Below the pieces are notes generated by a model that saw nothing but the letters and a program-made list of their open reading frames with translations, had not been told where the DNA came from and searched no databases. Positions 48,407 to 57,566 of a DNA stretch of 64,000 nt are shown in pieces. The DNA lies in the NCBI GenBank assembly GCA_963732485.1, contig CAVSZS010000003.1:278087-342086 (forward strand), in the 5' to 3' direction. Position 1 is the stretch's first letter, and each line of letters begins with the position of its first letter. The translations under genes were made by a program, and so were the position numbers. This stretch comes from Candidatus Aminicenantes bacterium (lineage in GTDB: Bacteria > Acidobacteriota > Aminicenantia > UBA2199).

Positions 48407-50374
48407 CTAGATGAGCGCCTTGCCGGTCATCGGCGCCGGCGTGGCAATGCCGAAATATTTCAAAATCGTGGGTGCGACGTCCTGCATGTTCGGTACCGGT
48501 TTCTGGATCTTGAAGCTGGAAATGAACGATGCCGGCACCTTCAGGGGATCGACGCAGTGGTCGCCTGACCACCAGCCCAGGTTGTCCATGATCATCTCGC
48601 GGCTGAAGGTGCCCAGGGCCGACTGGTCGCTGATGCGGTAGCCGCGGTCAAAGCCCAGGATGATGTCCGGGGCACGGTCGATATGGGCCTTGGAAAAATT
48701 GTCCTCGGAGATGTAAGCGCTGGAGATGACCTTCTGGCCGTTCTTGGGGTCGACGATGGCCTCCAGGCCGGCCTTGATCTTTTCCAGCAGGCGGCGCCGG
48801 TCGCCGGCGCTGACGCTGCCTTCGCGTTCCCGGCCCTTCATGTTCAGGTAGAGGCCGTTCAGGCCCATGGCGTAGGCCTTGCTGGCCGGCCAGTCGGCGT
48901 ATTCCAGGATCGAGACCTCGTCGGCCGCCTGCCCCGTCGTCAGCTTCAGGTAGCCTTCCTGGGCCAGCCAGTTGTTGACGTTGACCTCGCGGCGGAAGGG
49001 GCCGAAGCCGTGGTCGGACATGACCAGCACCGGCACGTCGGGACCGACGCCCTGCAGCGCCTTGCCCAGGACGCGGTCGAACTTGCGGTACATCTCCTCG
49101 GTGATGAAGCCGAACCTGCGGCTCTCCTCGGGGTGGTAGAACGGGTGCTCCTTGTCGTTGAGCGCCCAGAACATGTGCTGCCCCTGGTCCAGGGAGGAGA
49201 AATAAAAGAACAGCAGCCCCTCGCTCTGGCGCTGGAAGCGCTGCAGCTCGTAGGCGAACAGGCGCCGGCTCTCCTCGAACACCGACAGCGACTGCACGAT
49301 GTAGTTCTCCATGGAGAAGGTGCCGTTGCTCAGGGCCTTGGTGTCGGCCGGCAGGCCGATGGTGTGGTAGAGGCCGACCTTGTCGACCAGCTCGCGGCTG
49401 TAGCCGGCGGGCGTGCTGATGGGCACGGCGGGCTTGCGCGGGCTGAGATGGGTGGGGGAGATGTAGAGGCGGAAGCGCTCGCCCATTTCCATCAGGTAGA
49501 ACTTGACCATGCCGGTGATGCTGGCGAGGCCCGAGATTAGGGAGAACTCGATCTCCACCCAGTCGGAGTATTCCTTTTCGGCGACCAGGATCTCCTTGCC
49601 CTGGATGTCGATGCGCGCCGTGCGGTGGCGGTTGTCGACGTAGACCTTGAACGGCACCACGATGGGCTCGCCTTCCTTGAGCAGGTCGTTCTTCGGGCCC
49701 TCGATCTGCCCCTCCATGACGTTGTTCTCGTCGATGTAGGCGTAGTAGACCATGGCGGCGGAAAGCTCTGCCTGCGACTCGTGCTCGTCGGAGGTGTAGA
49801 GCGAGTAGACGCCGTAGGTGCCCTGGATGTCGGGCGTGCCCATGCCGGCCAGGGTGCGCTGCTTGCTGTCCGAGGGCGGGTAGTTGGTCGGCACCTTGAC
49901 GATGGTGGCGGGAATGCCGCGCTCCTCGAGATGGTCCCAGAATGCCGGGCCTTCGCGCTTGAGCACGACCTTGCCGGGCTTGAGCGGGATGCGGTACTTG
50001 CCCAGGTTGACCATCATGCGCGAGGGCAGGGTGTCGCTCTGGGCGAATATGGGAATGTAGGTTTCGGGATCGCGGTGCAGGAAGTCGAAGATGCCGAAGA
50101 CGCCGGGGTCGGCGCCGGTGATGAAGCTGCCCCAGGCCACCGGGCTCTGCGGCGGGATGGTCGAGCGCATCATGGTGAAGGTGCCGCGCTCGCCCAGGCG
50201 CTGCATGTTGGGCAGCTCGCCGCGCTGCATCAGGCGGTTGACGATGCCCGGGTCCATGCCGTCGAAGCCCAGCACCAGCATTTTTTTGCCCAGGGGCGCG
50301 CCGGCGCCGAAATTCATCATCGGGGCCGCGGCCGCCAGGACGCCGCCGCTTTTTATAAAATCCCTTCTTTTCAT
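48407..50374 (-). CDS. Tat-secreted alkaline-phosphatase-superfamily protein (type I phosphodiesterase/nucleotide pyrophosphatase-like)
   Basis: 655 aa. Twin-arginine signal MKRRDFIKSGGVLAAAAPMM. Metal/nucleophile region LVLGFDGMDPG and later SDHGFGP. Confidence 0.7.
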   Translation of the reverse strand: MKRRDFIKSGGVLAAAAPMMNFGAGAPLGKKMLVLGFDGMDPGIVNRLMQRGELPNMQRLGERGTFTMMRSTIPPQSPVAWGSFITGADPGVFGIFDFLHRDPETYIPIFAQSDTLPSRMMVNLGKYRIPLKPGKVVLKREGPAFWDHLEERGIPATIVKVPTNYPPSDSKQRTLAGMGTPDIQGTYGVYSLYTSDEHESQAELSAAMVYYAYIDENNVMEGQIEGPKNDLLKEGEPIVVPFKVYVDNRHRTARIDIQGKEILVAEKEYSDWVEIEFSLISGLASITGMVKFYLMEMGERFRLYISPTHLSPRKPAVPISTPAGYSRELVDKVGLYHTIGLPADTKALSNGTFSMENYIVQSLSVFEESRRLFAYELQRFQRQSEGLLFFYFSSLDQGQHMFWALNDKEHPFYHPEESRRFGFITEEMYRKFDRVLGKALQGVGPDVPVLVMSDHGFGPFRREVNVNNWLAQEGYLKLTTGQAADEVSILEYADWPASKAYAMGLNGLYLNMKGREREGSVSAGDRRRLLEKIKAGLEAIVDPKNGQKVISSAYISEDNFSKAHIDRAPDIILGFDRGYRISDQSALGTFSREMIMDNLGWWSGDHCVDPLKVPASFISSFKIQKPVPNMQDVAPTILKYFGIATPAPMTGKALI

Positions 50375-50504
50375 TTTTCCTCGGTTCGAACGGTCTTGCG
50401 GAGCCCCTTAATCATAACCCAAAACCGTCACGATTTCAACGGCCAATGGGTTTTTGCACCGGCGCCGGTTTGCTTTCCGCAGCGGCCTTCATGTACTATC
50501 GGGC

Positions 50505-52848
50505 ATGCGCGATATTTTCACCCCCGTCTTTCTCCTGGCGCTGGCCGCGCTTTTCCTGGCCGACGGCTGCGGGGCGGCGCCGTTCCTGGCGCGGCCGCTG
50601 GCGCTGCTGGCCTTCGCCCTGTTCCTGGCCCTATTCTTCCTGAAAAAATACCGCGCCGCCTATCCGGCAATCGCCGCCTGCGCCGCCCTGCTGCTCGTTG
50701 GCTCCTTCCTGGGCGCCAAAAGCGATTTTGCCGACGGTCCGGGCTTCGAAGTCGCGCCCGGCGAGTACGTCACCATCAGCGGTCGGCTTCTCGCTTTTCC
50801 GGAAATCGGCAACGGCCGCTCGCTGCTGCTGCTCCGCGCTTCCGCCTTCGCCTGGCCGGGGCGCCGCGTCGAGCGCGCGCTGAATGTCCGCGTGGTGGTG
50901 AGCGGCGACTGCCGCGAATTCCGCCGCGGCGACCGGGTCGAGATCGCTGCCCGCCTCGACCCGCGGCAGGTGAACCGCAATTTTTTCCCCAACCCGTACG
51001 AGAACTACCTGCTCTACAAGAACATCCGTTTGTCGGCCTACAGCAAGTCGGCGCAACTGGCGCATGTGGTGCAGCGGGGGAATGTCTTCTGGAGCGTCAT
51101 CGGCGCCTGGCGCGGCCGCGTGCGCCGGGCCATCGAGGGGCGCTACCTGGAAGGCGGCGTGCTGCGGCCGCCGGGAGTGTTTCTTGAAGCCACGCTGCTC
51201 GGCGACCGCGGCCGCCTGGAAAACGGGGAACAGGAGGTGCTGATCGGCAGCGGCGTCTTCCACCTGCTGGCCATCTCCGGGGCCAACATTGCCATCCTGG
51301 CCATGGTGTCGCTGCTGCTGTGCCGCTGGCTGCGCTTCTCCATCAGGCTGCGCTATGCCGTCACGGCGCTGCTGCTCCTCCTCTTCCTGGCGCTGTCCGG
51401 ATTCGATATCTCGGCCGAGCGCGCCGTGCTCATGGCGCTGCTGGTCTTTGCCGGGCGCGTCTGGTTCCTGGACGTGGAGCCCGCCAACATCATCTCATTC
51501 TGCGGCTTGCTGCTGCTGGCCCTCAACCCGGCGCAGTTCCTCGATCCCGGCTTCGCCCTGACCTTCGCCCTCACCGCCGCCATTCTCGCCGGCCGCCGCC
51601 TCTTCCTGCCCGGTCTGCGCCGGCTGCCGCGCTGGGCGGCCGAGCTGTTGTCGGCGAACCTGTCGGCGGCGCTCATGGCGCTGCCCCTGTCGCTGTACTA
51701 CTTCCAGCGCTACGCCTTTTCCGGCTTCTTCAGCGGCCTGCTGCTGGCGCCGCTGGCCGCCGTGGTCACCGTCTGCGGCGTTGTCCTGCTGCTGCTGGCC
51801 TGGCTGCCGGCAGCGGTCGCCACCCTGGCGTTGCTGCCCGCCGGCATCTGCCTCGACGCGTTCTTCGCCGCCAGCCGCTGGATATACGACCATGCCGCCC
51901 TGGGCGTCTTCCGTCCCGCGCCGCCGCTATGGCTGCTGGCAGTGATCGGCGTGTCGTTCTTCACCGTTTCCCGCCCCTGGCTGAAATGGCGCGCGCGGGC
52001 GGCAACGGCGCTGCTGCTGGCGGCGCTGCTCTGTTATATCTCGTTCTCCGCCGCCTTTGTACCGGCCCGGCCGCCTCGAGGTCTACTTCCTCGACGTCGG
52101 TCACGGCGACGCGGTGGTGGCGGTCTTTGCCAACGGCGACGCCCTGCTGGTCGACGGCGGTGGCGCCAGTTTTTCCGATTTTCAGGTCGGCCGGCGCCTG
52201 GTACTGCCTTTCCTGCTGCAAAAAAGGATCCGCGTGCGCTGGGCGGCCGCGACCCACTACCACCCCGACCACGCCCGGGGGCTGGCGGAGATCCTCGCCA
52301 TCCTGAAGCCCGAGGAACTGTGGCTCGCTTCCGCCGCCAAAGACGATGAGCATTACCGGCGCCTGCTGGCCGCCAGGCCGGAGAAGACGCGGCTGAGAGA
52401 GATCCGGCGGGGCTTCGTCACGCATGTCGGCGCCGGTTCGATCGCCTGTCTTTCTCCCCGGCATTTCATTCATGCTGCCAAATCCGGGAACAACCACTCC
52501 CTGGTCCTGCGCGTTGCCGACGGCCAGGCTTCTTTCCTGCTCCCCGGCGATATCGAGAAGGAGAGCGAATCCGAACTCGTCGGCGAGACCGCTTCCGGGC
52601 TGGCGGCTTCTGTTTTAAAACTTCCCCACCACGGCTCACGCACTTCCTCGTCGGCTCCTTTCCTTGACGCGGTCCGGCCCCGGGTGGCGGCGATCTCCCT
52701 GGCGGCGCAGAACGCCTACGGCTTTCCCCATCGCGAGGTCATCGAGCGCCTCAAGGAGCGCGGCATCAGATGGCTGAGCACGGACAGAAGAGGCGGCATC
52801 ATGATCGCGTCAGCGCCCGCGGGGCTTGAAATCGAAGTGTCGAAGTAA
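50505..52848 (+). CDS. comEC: DNA internalization competence protein ComEC/Rec2; apparent frameshift near 52060-52075
   Basis: Frame A (50505-) encodes the DUF4131 and Competence multi-TM domains (...VFHLLAISGANIAILA...), then turns into Arg/Gly junk after ...AAFVPARPP. Frame B from 52057 encodes the metallo-beta-lactamase domain YRPGRLEVYFLDVGHGDA...HYHPDHARG...LKLPHHGSRTS. Joined they give about 780 aa of standard ComEC architecture. Confidence 0.7.
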
Positions 52849-52869
52849 AAAAAATATTATCGAACTTAA

Positions 52870-53046
52870 GTGACAAGTGACGAGTGACGAGTGACAAGCG
52901 GCAAGCATTAGTCGATCTTGGATCCAGATCTTCTTTCCTGCTCAATAACATTCGCCAAGTGTTTTTTCTTCACTTTTGCCTTTTTACTTTTGCCTTTTGC
53001 CTTTTCTTGCCGTCTACCGTCTACCGTACACCGAGTGCTGTTTTCT
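52870..53046. repeat. composite heptamer-repeat element, copy b (GTGACAA/GTGACGA x5, spacer, then CTTCACTTTTGCC-heptads-CTTGCCGTCTACCGTCTACCGTACACCGAGTGCTGTTTTC)
   Basis: Left GTGACAAGTGACGAGTGACGAGTGACAAGCGGCAAGC (52870-52906). Right 52968-53046 matches 57148-57220 almost exactly at both ends, with extra internal heptads TTTTTAC/TTTTGCC and a duplicated GTCTACC. Confidence 0.6.
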
Positions 53047-53104
53047 TACTTTTTCCTTTCAAACTCCTCTTGACTCCTCCCCTCTCCCTCCATACAATCG
53101 ACGG

Positions 53105-54331
53105 ATGATGAAAAGCAAATTCTTTTTACTGGCCGTAATCCTGGCTTCGGCGGCAAGGCTGCCGGCCGCGGACAAGGCCTATCAGATCACCGAACTGCGC
53201 CCTGTCGTTGGCAACGGTGTGCAGTTGATCCTGCGCGACCTGGAAATCGAAGGCAAGCAGCTGCAGCTGGTCGTCTACGACCGCGACCGCCTGATCGACC
53301 TGGCCGCGGCCGAGGAAATCCCGGCGACCCGCGCCCGTAAGGGTGATATCCTTTTCCTCGGCAAGAGCAACGGTTCGGCCACGCAGATGATCATCACCCC
53401 GGGGCGCTCCGTACACCCCAAGCTGGCCAATGGCCAGCCCGGGGAGGCGAAGACCATCAACGAGCTCAGCCGCCGGCTGGCGGCCGAGACGGGCGCGAAC
53501 GCGCCGGTTGCGGCCGGGCGTGAAGCGGCCCCAACAACCGCTTTGAGCGCCGAACTGGATCGCGTGCGCCGCTCCTTTCTCTTCGTCCTCGAGTTCGCCC
53601 TGGGCGCGCCGTTCACCGCGTCCCAGGAGCGACTTATCCTCGACCAATTCAGTTCCGGCTGGTGGGCGGCCAAGAGCGCCGCTGAAAGGAAGACCTTCGG
53701 CCAGTATCCGCAGGTCGTGGCCTGGATCATGAAGGCGGGGCAGCGCGATCTTGAAGAGATGCGCCGGACCCTCGAGGAGACGACTCGCCAATGGTTGAAG
53801 GAGTCGCCCGCCTCCGACCCGGTGGTCGCCATGATCCGCGCCCGGCTTGCCGAACGCGGGCGGACGATCATCGCCGGCGAGCCGCCGCTCTCCGAGATGG
53901 CCGCCGCCGCCTTCTGCGAGCTCTATGCCTTCTCCCGCCTCCTGCGCCGAAACGGGGCGGCGCTGCCGGCGCAGCTTGAGGGCGCCGACGTGGCCGCGGC
54001 GCGCCGCGAGCTGCTGCGCGCCTGGCCCGGATTTTCCATTGCCGAGCGCGGCCAGGTGGCCACGGCGCCGGGGTTGTGGCTGGTGCTGCGCGCCCTGGTC
54101 GTCCACGGCGACCCCGGAGAGCGCGAAACGGCTCGCCGCCGGCTTCTTGCCGTTTCGGAAGCGGATGCCCGGACCGGCCAGGCCCGCGCGGCTTCGGGTG
54201 GCAAAGGCGACGATGCCGTGTCGGCCATGCTGAAGCACAACGTGCTGATGAACATCCGCCAGCAGACCTTCAACACCTACATGTGGAGCCGCGGCTTCAA
54301 TTACCAGCCGGCAACCGGCAAGATGTGGTGA
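53105..54331 (+). CDS. hypothetical secreted protein
   Basis: ORF trimmed to MMKSKFFLLAVILASAARLPAADKA (signal peptide), 408 aa. Ala/Arg/Glu-rich and helical, with no recognised motif. Confidence 0.4.
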   Translation: MMKSKFFLLAVILASAARLPAADKAYQITELRPVVGNGVQLILRDLEIEGKQLQLVVYDRDRLIDLAAAEEIPATRARKGDILFLGKSNGSATQMIITPGRSVHPKLANGQPGEAKTINELSRRLAAETGANAPVAAGREAAPTTALSAELDRVRRSFLFVLEFALGAPFTASQERLILDQFSSGWWAAKSAAERKTFGQYPQVVAWIMKAGQRDLEEMRRTLEETTRQWLKESPASDPVVAMIRARLAERGRTIIAGEPPLSEMAAAAFCELYAFSRLLRRNGAALPAQLEGADVAAARRELLRAWPGFSIAERGQVATAPGLWLVLRALVVHGDPGERETARRRLLAVSEADARTGQARAASGGKGDDAVSAMLKHNVLMNIRQQTFNTYMWSRGFNYQPATGKMW

Positions 54332-54463
54332 GCGCTGCCATGAAAAAAAGATGGTAGACGCCAGGGGTCAGATGTCAGCAAGAAGGGCGCTGGATTGGCA
54401 TTTCGCGGTCTTCCTTGCAAAATGGTGCCTGGCGAGAAAGGACAAAACCGGAGGAAAACAATC

Positions 54464-55537
54464 ATGCTGGTCTTTGTAGCTGTCGTTGTGCTGCTCGTTG
54501 TCGCGCGCTTCGCCATTCCAGCCGGAACGCCGCGCATCCGCCTGCGGGCCAAAGGCGGGCCGGCGCGGAGCATCGCCGCGCTGGAGAAACTGAGGATCGG
54601 CGGCAGCGATCAATGGCTGTTGCTGCGGTCCGAGAATACGGACAACCCGGTCATCCTCTTTCTCCACGGCGGGCCCGGCACATCGCAGCTGACGGCCAAC
54701 CGACGGAATACGCGCCTGCTCGAAAAACATTTTATCGTGGTGAATTGGGACCAGCGCGGAGCGGGCAAATCGTACGCGGCGATCGCCGCTGCCGACAAGA
54801 TGACCATCGAACAGTTCGTCGAGGATACGCGGGAACTGACAACCTGGCTCATGAAGCGGTTCGGCAAGGAGCGCATCGTCCTGGCCGGGCACTCGTGGGG
54901 CAGCGCCATCGGCGCGCTGACGGTAGCGAAATACCCCGAACTCTATCACGCCTATGTCGGCATCGGCCAGGTCGCCAACATGGAAGAGGGCGAAGCCGCG
55001 TCCTATCAGTGGACGCTGGAGCAGGCCAAAAAGCGAGGGCGGCGACGCGCCGTCAGGGCCCTGGAAAAAATAGGGCCGCCGCCGTACCAGGGTGACTGGC
55101 GGGCCAAGATGATCAGGGAAAGGAGCTACGTGGGGCGCTTTGGCGGCGAGGTGCATGGCAGTTCGATCGGGGCAACCGGCCTGGTGCTCGGCGGCCTGCT
55201 GTTCTCGCGCGAGTACGGCCTGGTTGACCGCATCTGTTATTTCAGAGGAATATTGGGCTCGATCGCGCTTCTTTGGCCGCAGTTGCTCAAGGTGGACCTG
55301 TTCAAGAGCGTGCCGGAACTCAAGGTCCCGGTCTTTTTCATGGCAGGGCGGCACGACCACGAGGTCCCCGCTGAAATCGCCGCCAGGTATTTTGCCGCGC
55401 TCCGGGCGCCGGCAAAGGAGCTGGTCTGGTTTGAGAATTCGGCGCACATGGTCAATTCCGAAGAAAGAGACGCATTCAACAAATTTCTTGTGGAGAACGT
55501 GCGGCCCCTCGCCGTCGATCGGAGCGCCTCTCGCTAG
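54464..55537 (+). CDS. alpha/beta-hydrolase fold protein (prolyl aminopeptidase/epoxide hydrolase-like)
   Basis: N-terminal TM/signal MLVFVAVVVLLVV. Oxyanion HGGPG, nucleophile elbow GHSWGS, C-terminal His (ENSAHM). RBS GGAGGA. Confidence 0.7.
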   Translation: MLVFVAVVVLLVVARFAIPAGTPRIRLRAKGGPARSIAALEKLRIGGSDQWLLLRSENTDNPVILFLHGGPGTSQLTANRRNTRLLEKHFIVVNWDQRGAGKSYAAIAAADKMTIEQFVEDTRELTTWLMKRFGKERIVLAGHSWGSAIGALTVAKYPELYHAYVGIGQVANMEEGEAASYQWTLEQAKKRGRRRAVRALEKIGPPPYQGDWRAKMIRERSYVGRFGGEVHGSSIGATGLVLGGLLFSREYGLVDRICYFRGILGSIALLWPQLLKVDLFKSVPELKVPVFFMAGRHDHEVPAEIAARYFAALRAPAKELVWFENSAHMVNSEERDAFNKFLVENVRPLAVDRSASR

Positions 55538-55643
55538 CGGCTGGTCATAAGCCCCGGCGCCAACGAACGTAGAGGGCAATGAAGGTTAAAAATAGAGTGG
55601 GGCGGGTCTTCCCGTTCGCAAAGCGTATCCGAACCCTGCGCCC

Positions 55644-56267
55644 TCAGGCCAGCACGATTTCCACAAAATCGTGATAGTGGTGGTGGTGAATGGTCGTGTT
55701 AAGGACCGGAATGACGGCATTGAGTGAAACGAAAAGATCGTGGTATTCCTTTTTGGACATCCAATGGGTGATTTCATTGAATCCGTCCGAATCCACACGG
55801 GTCATTGCTTTTCCCAGCAGATGGGAGAAGGTGCTTTTTTTGGCGGCAAGGGCAACGAACGTGGGCTCAATGATGACAATTTTTTTGGCGAATTTTCCCG
55901 CAATTTGAAACAGGCGATGTATTTCGGGCATTTGCAGGTGATGCAAAATGTCGCAGAGCAGAATGATATCCGCCGGGCCATAGTTTTCTTCCTTAAGGAT
56001 ATCCCCCACGCGGATGTTGCGGTTTTTTTTTTGCCCAAAGCTGACAAATTTATCGTTCAGGTCAATGCCCGAATACGCACAATCCGCGTGGAGATATTTC
56101 TTCATGCGGCCGAACCCGCAGGCCGGTTCAAAAACACTCATGCCATGGCCCACGATTTCTTTCAGGATCTTCAGCTTGTTTAAATAGAGAAAATGGATGC
56201 CGAGTTCGTACAGCAGGGGGTGGCGGTAGAAAATGGATTGCCGACGGGGCGGTTGTACCATGGACAT
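55644..56267 (-). CDS. class I SAM-dependent methyltransferase (low-GC gene)
   Basis: 207 aa. Motif I VFEPACGFGRM and the post-I acidic residue region SGIDLND. About 47% GC versus ~65% for neighbours. Confidence 0.55.
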   Translation of the reverse strand: MSMVQPPRRQSIFYRHPLLYELGIHFLYLNKLKILKEIVGHGMSVFEPACGFGRMKKYLHADCAYSGIDLNDKFVSFGQKKNRNIRVGDILKEENYGPADIILLCDILHHLQMPEIHRLFQIAGKFAKKIVIIEPTFVALAAKKSTFSHLLGKAMTRVDSDGFNEITHWMSKKEYHDLFVSLNAVIPVLNTTIHHHHYHDFVEIVLA

Positions 56268-56463
56268 GCTTGACTATCCCGTAATCCGAATTTGGGGAAT
56301 TCGTATTTGCGCGTATGTGCCTGTCAAAAGAATGGTACCAGTTAAAAGGATGTTTTTCAAGTAGGGGCGGGGTTATCCCGCCCTTACGGATGGTCCGGAC
56401 CCTGAACATCCATGAAATCAGTCTGCCTTTTCGCTTTTCACATGTGCTATATTTATCATTAGC

Positions 56464-57114
56464 ATGAAGCCACGGATCAAGATCTGCTGCATTGCCTCTG
56501 AAGAAGAAGCCAGGCTGGCCATTTCCTTCGGCGCCGCGGCCGTCGGGCTGGTCGCGGCCATGCCCAGCGGCCCGGGCCCGATCGCCGACTACCGCATCCG
56601 GCGCATCGCCGAGTCGGTGCCGCCGCCAGTGGCCACTTTCCTGCTGACCTGCGAGACCCGCGGCGGGGCCATCATCGCCCACCACCTGCGCACCCTGACC
56701 AGCACCATCCAGCTCGTGGACACGCCCGAGCCGGACGCGATCGCCACCATGCGCGCCATCCTGCCGGCCGTCAAGATCGTCCAGGTCATCCATGTCTGCG
56801 GCGAGGCCCAAATCGACGAGGCGCTGCAGGCCGCGGCGCATGTGGACGCGTTGCTTCTGGACTCAGGCAATCCCGCCCTGGCCGTGAAGGAGCTCGGCGG
56901 CACCGGCCGCATCCACGACTGGCGCCTCAGCCGCCGCATCGTCGAGTTGTCCCCGGTGCCCGTTTTTCTGGCCGGCGGCCTGCATGCCAACAACGTTCGC
57001 GCCGCCATCGACGCGGTGCAGCCCTTCGGCGTCGATTTGTGCAGCGGCGTGCGCAGCAACGGCCGCCTGGATCCGAAAAAGTTGGAAGCATTCTTCAACG
57101 CCGCCTGGAATTAG
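56464..57114 (+). CDS. trpF: phosphoribosylanthranilate isomerase
   Basis: 216 aa with the PRAI (beta/alpha)8 pattern: IKICCIASEEEARLA..., VDTPEP ... LLDSG ... GGTGRIHDW ... VFLAGGL. Not adjacent to other trp genes. Confidence 0.75.
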   Translation: MKPRIKICCIASEEEARLAISFGAAAVGLVAAMPSGPGPIADYRIRRIAESVPPPVATFLLTCETRGGAIIAHHLRTLTSTIQLVDTPEPDAIATMRAILPAVKIVQVIHVCGEAQIDEALQAAAHVDALLLDSGNPALAVKELGGTGRIHDWRLSRRIVELSPVPVFLAGGLHANNVRAAIDAVQPFGVDLCSGVRSNGRLDPKKLEAFFNAAWN

Positions 57115-57147
57115 GTCAAGGATCTTTCCCGAGTCCGGAGATCGCAA

Positions 57148-57220
57148 GTGCTTTTTCTTCACTTTTGCCTTTTCTTGCCGTAAGCCGTCAACCGTCTACC
57201 GTACACCGAGTTCTGTTTTC
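57148..57220. repeat. heptamer-repeat element, copy c (GTGCTTTTTCTTCACTTTTGCCTTTTCTTGCCGTAAGCCGTCAACCGTCTACCGTACACCGAGTTCTGTTTTC)
   Basis: Shares a 25-nt 5' block and a 29-nt 3' block with copy b (1 mismatch each). Lies between trpF and a small Cys-rich ORF. Confidence 0.6.
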
Positions 57221-57285
57221 CGCAAAGCTGCTTGAATTATTTGTCAGGGCAGGGTAAAGTTGGGTAATTGCGAGGGGGGGGGACA

Positions 57286-57480
57286 ATGAAGAGAAAAACG
57301 TACCAATGTGAAAAATGCCGAAAAGAAAAAACGATTCGGCAAGGCGAAAAAATACCCGGTTGCTGCGGCTTACCCATGACGCTCAAACTGGAAAGTTGCA
57401 CCAAGCCATTTGACGCCGAGACGGCGCGCGCCAATGCCGCTGACGAACCCTGCGACGACGGGACGGACCGGAACCAGTAG
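57286..57480 (+). CDS. small Cys-rich hypothetical protein (64 aa, zinc-ribbon-like)
   Basis: GAGGGGGGGG RBS, then MKRKTYQCEKCRKEKTIRQGEKIPGCCGLPM... with a CxxC and a CC pair. Sits 90 nt upstream of korA. Confidence 0.35.
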   Translation: MKRKTYQCEKCRKEKTIRQGEKIPGCCGLPMTLKLESCTKPFDAETARANAADEPCDDGTDRNQ

Positions 57481-57566
57481 CCCGGCCGGACGGCGATGGC
57501 TTACCCTTACGCGTTGAAAAAATATCGCGGTGGGCTTCAACAGGCCGACCTGATGATGGGGGCAGC

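Noticed and set aside
52870-52906. CRISPR array suspected from regularly spaced GTGACAA/GTGAAAA repeats
   Set aside because: Repeat units are only 7 nt and contiguous, with no spacers, and no cas genes are nearby. They are tandem heptads, not CRISPR.
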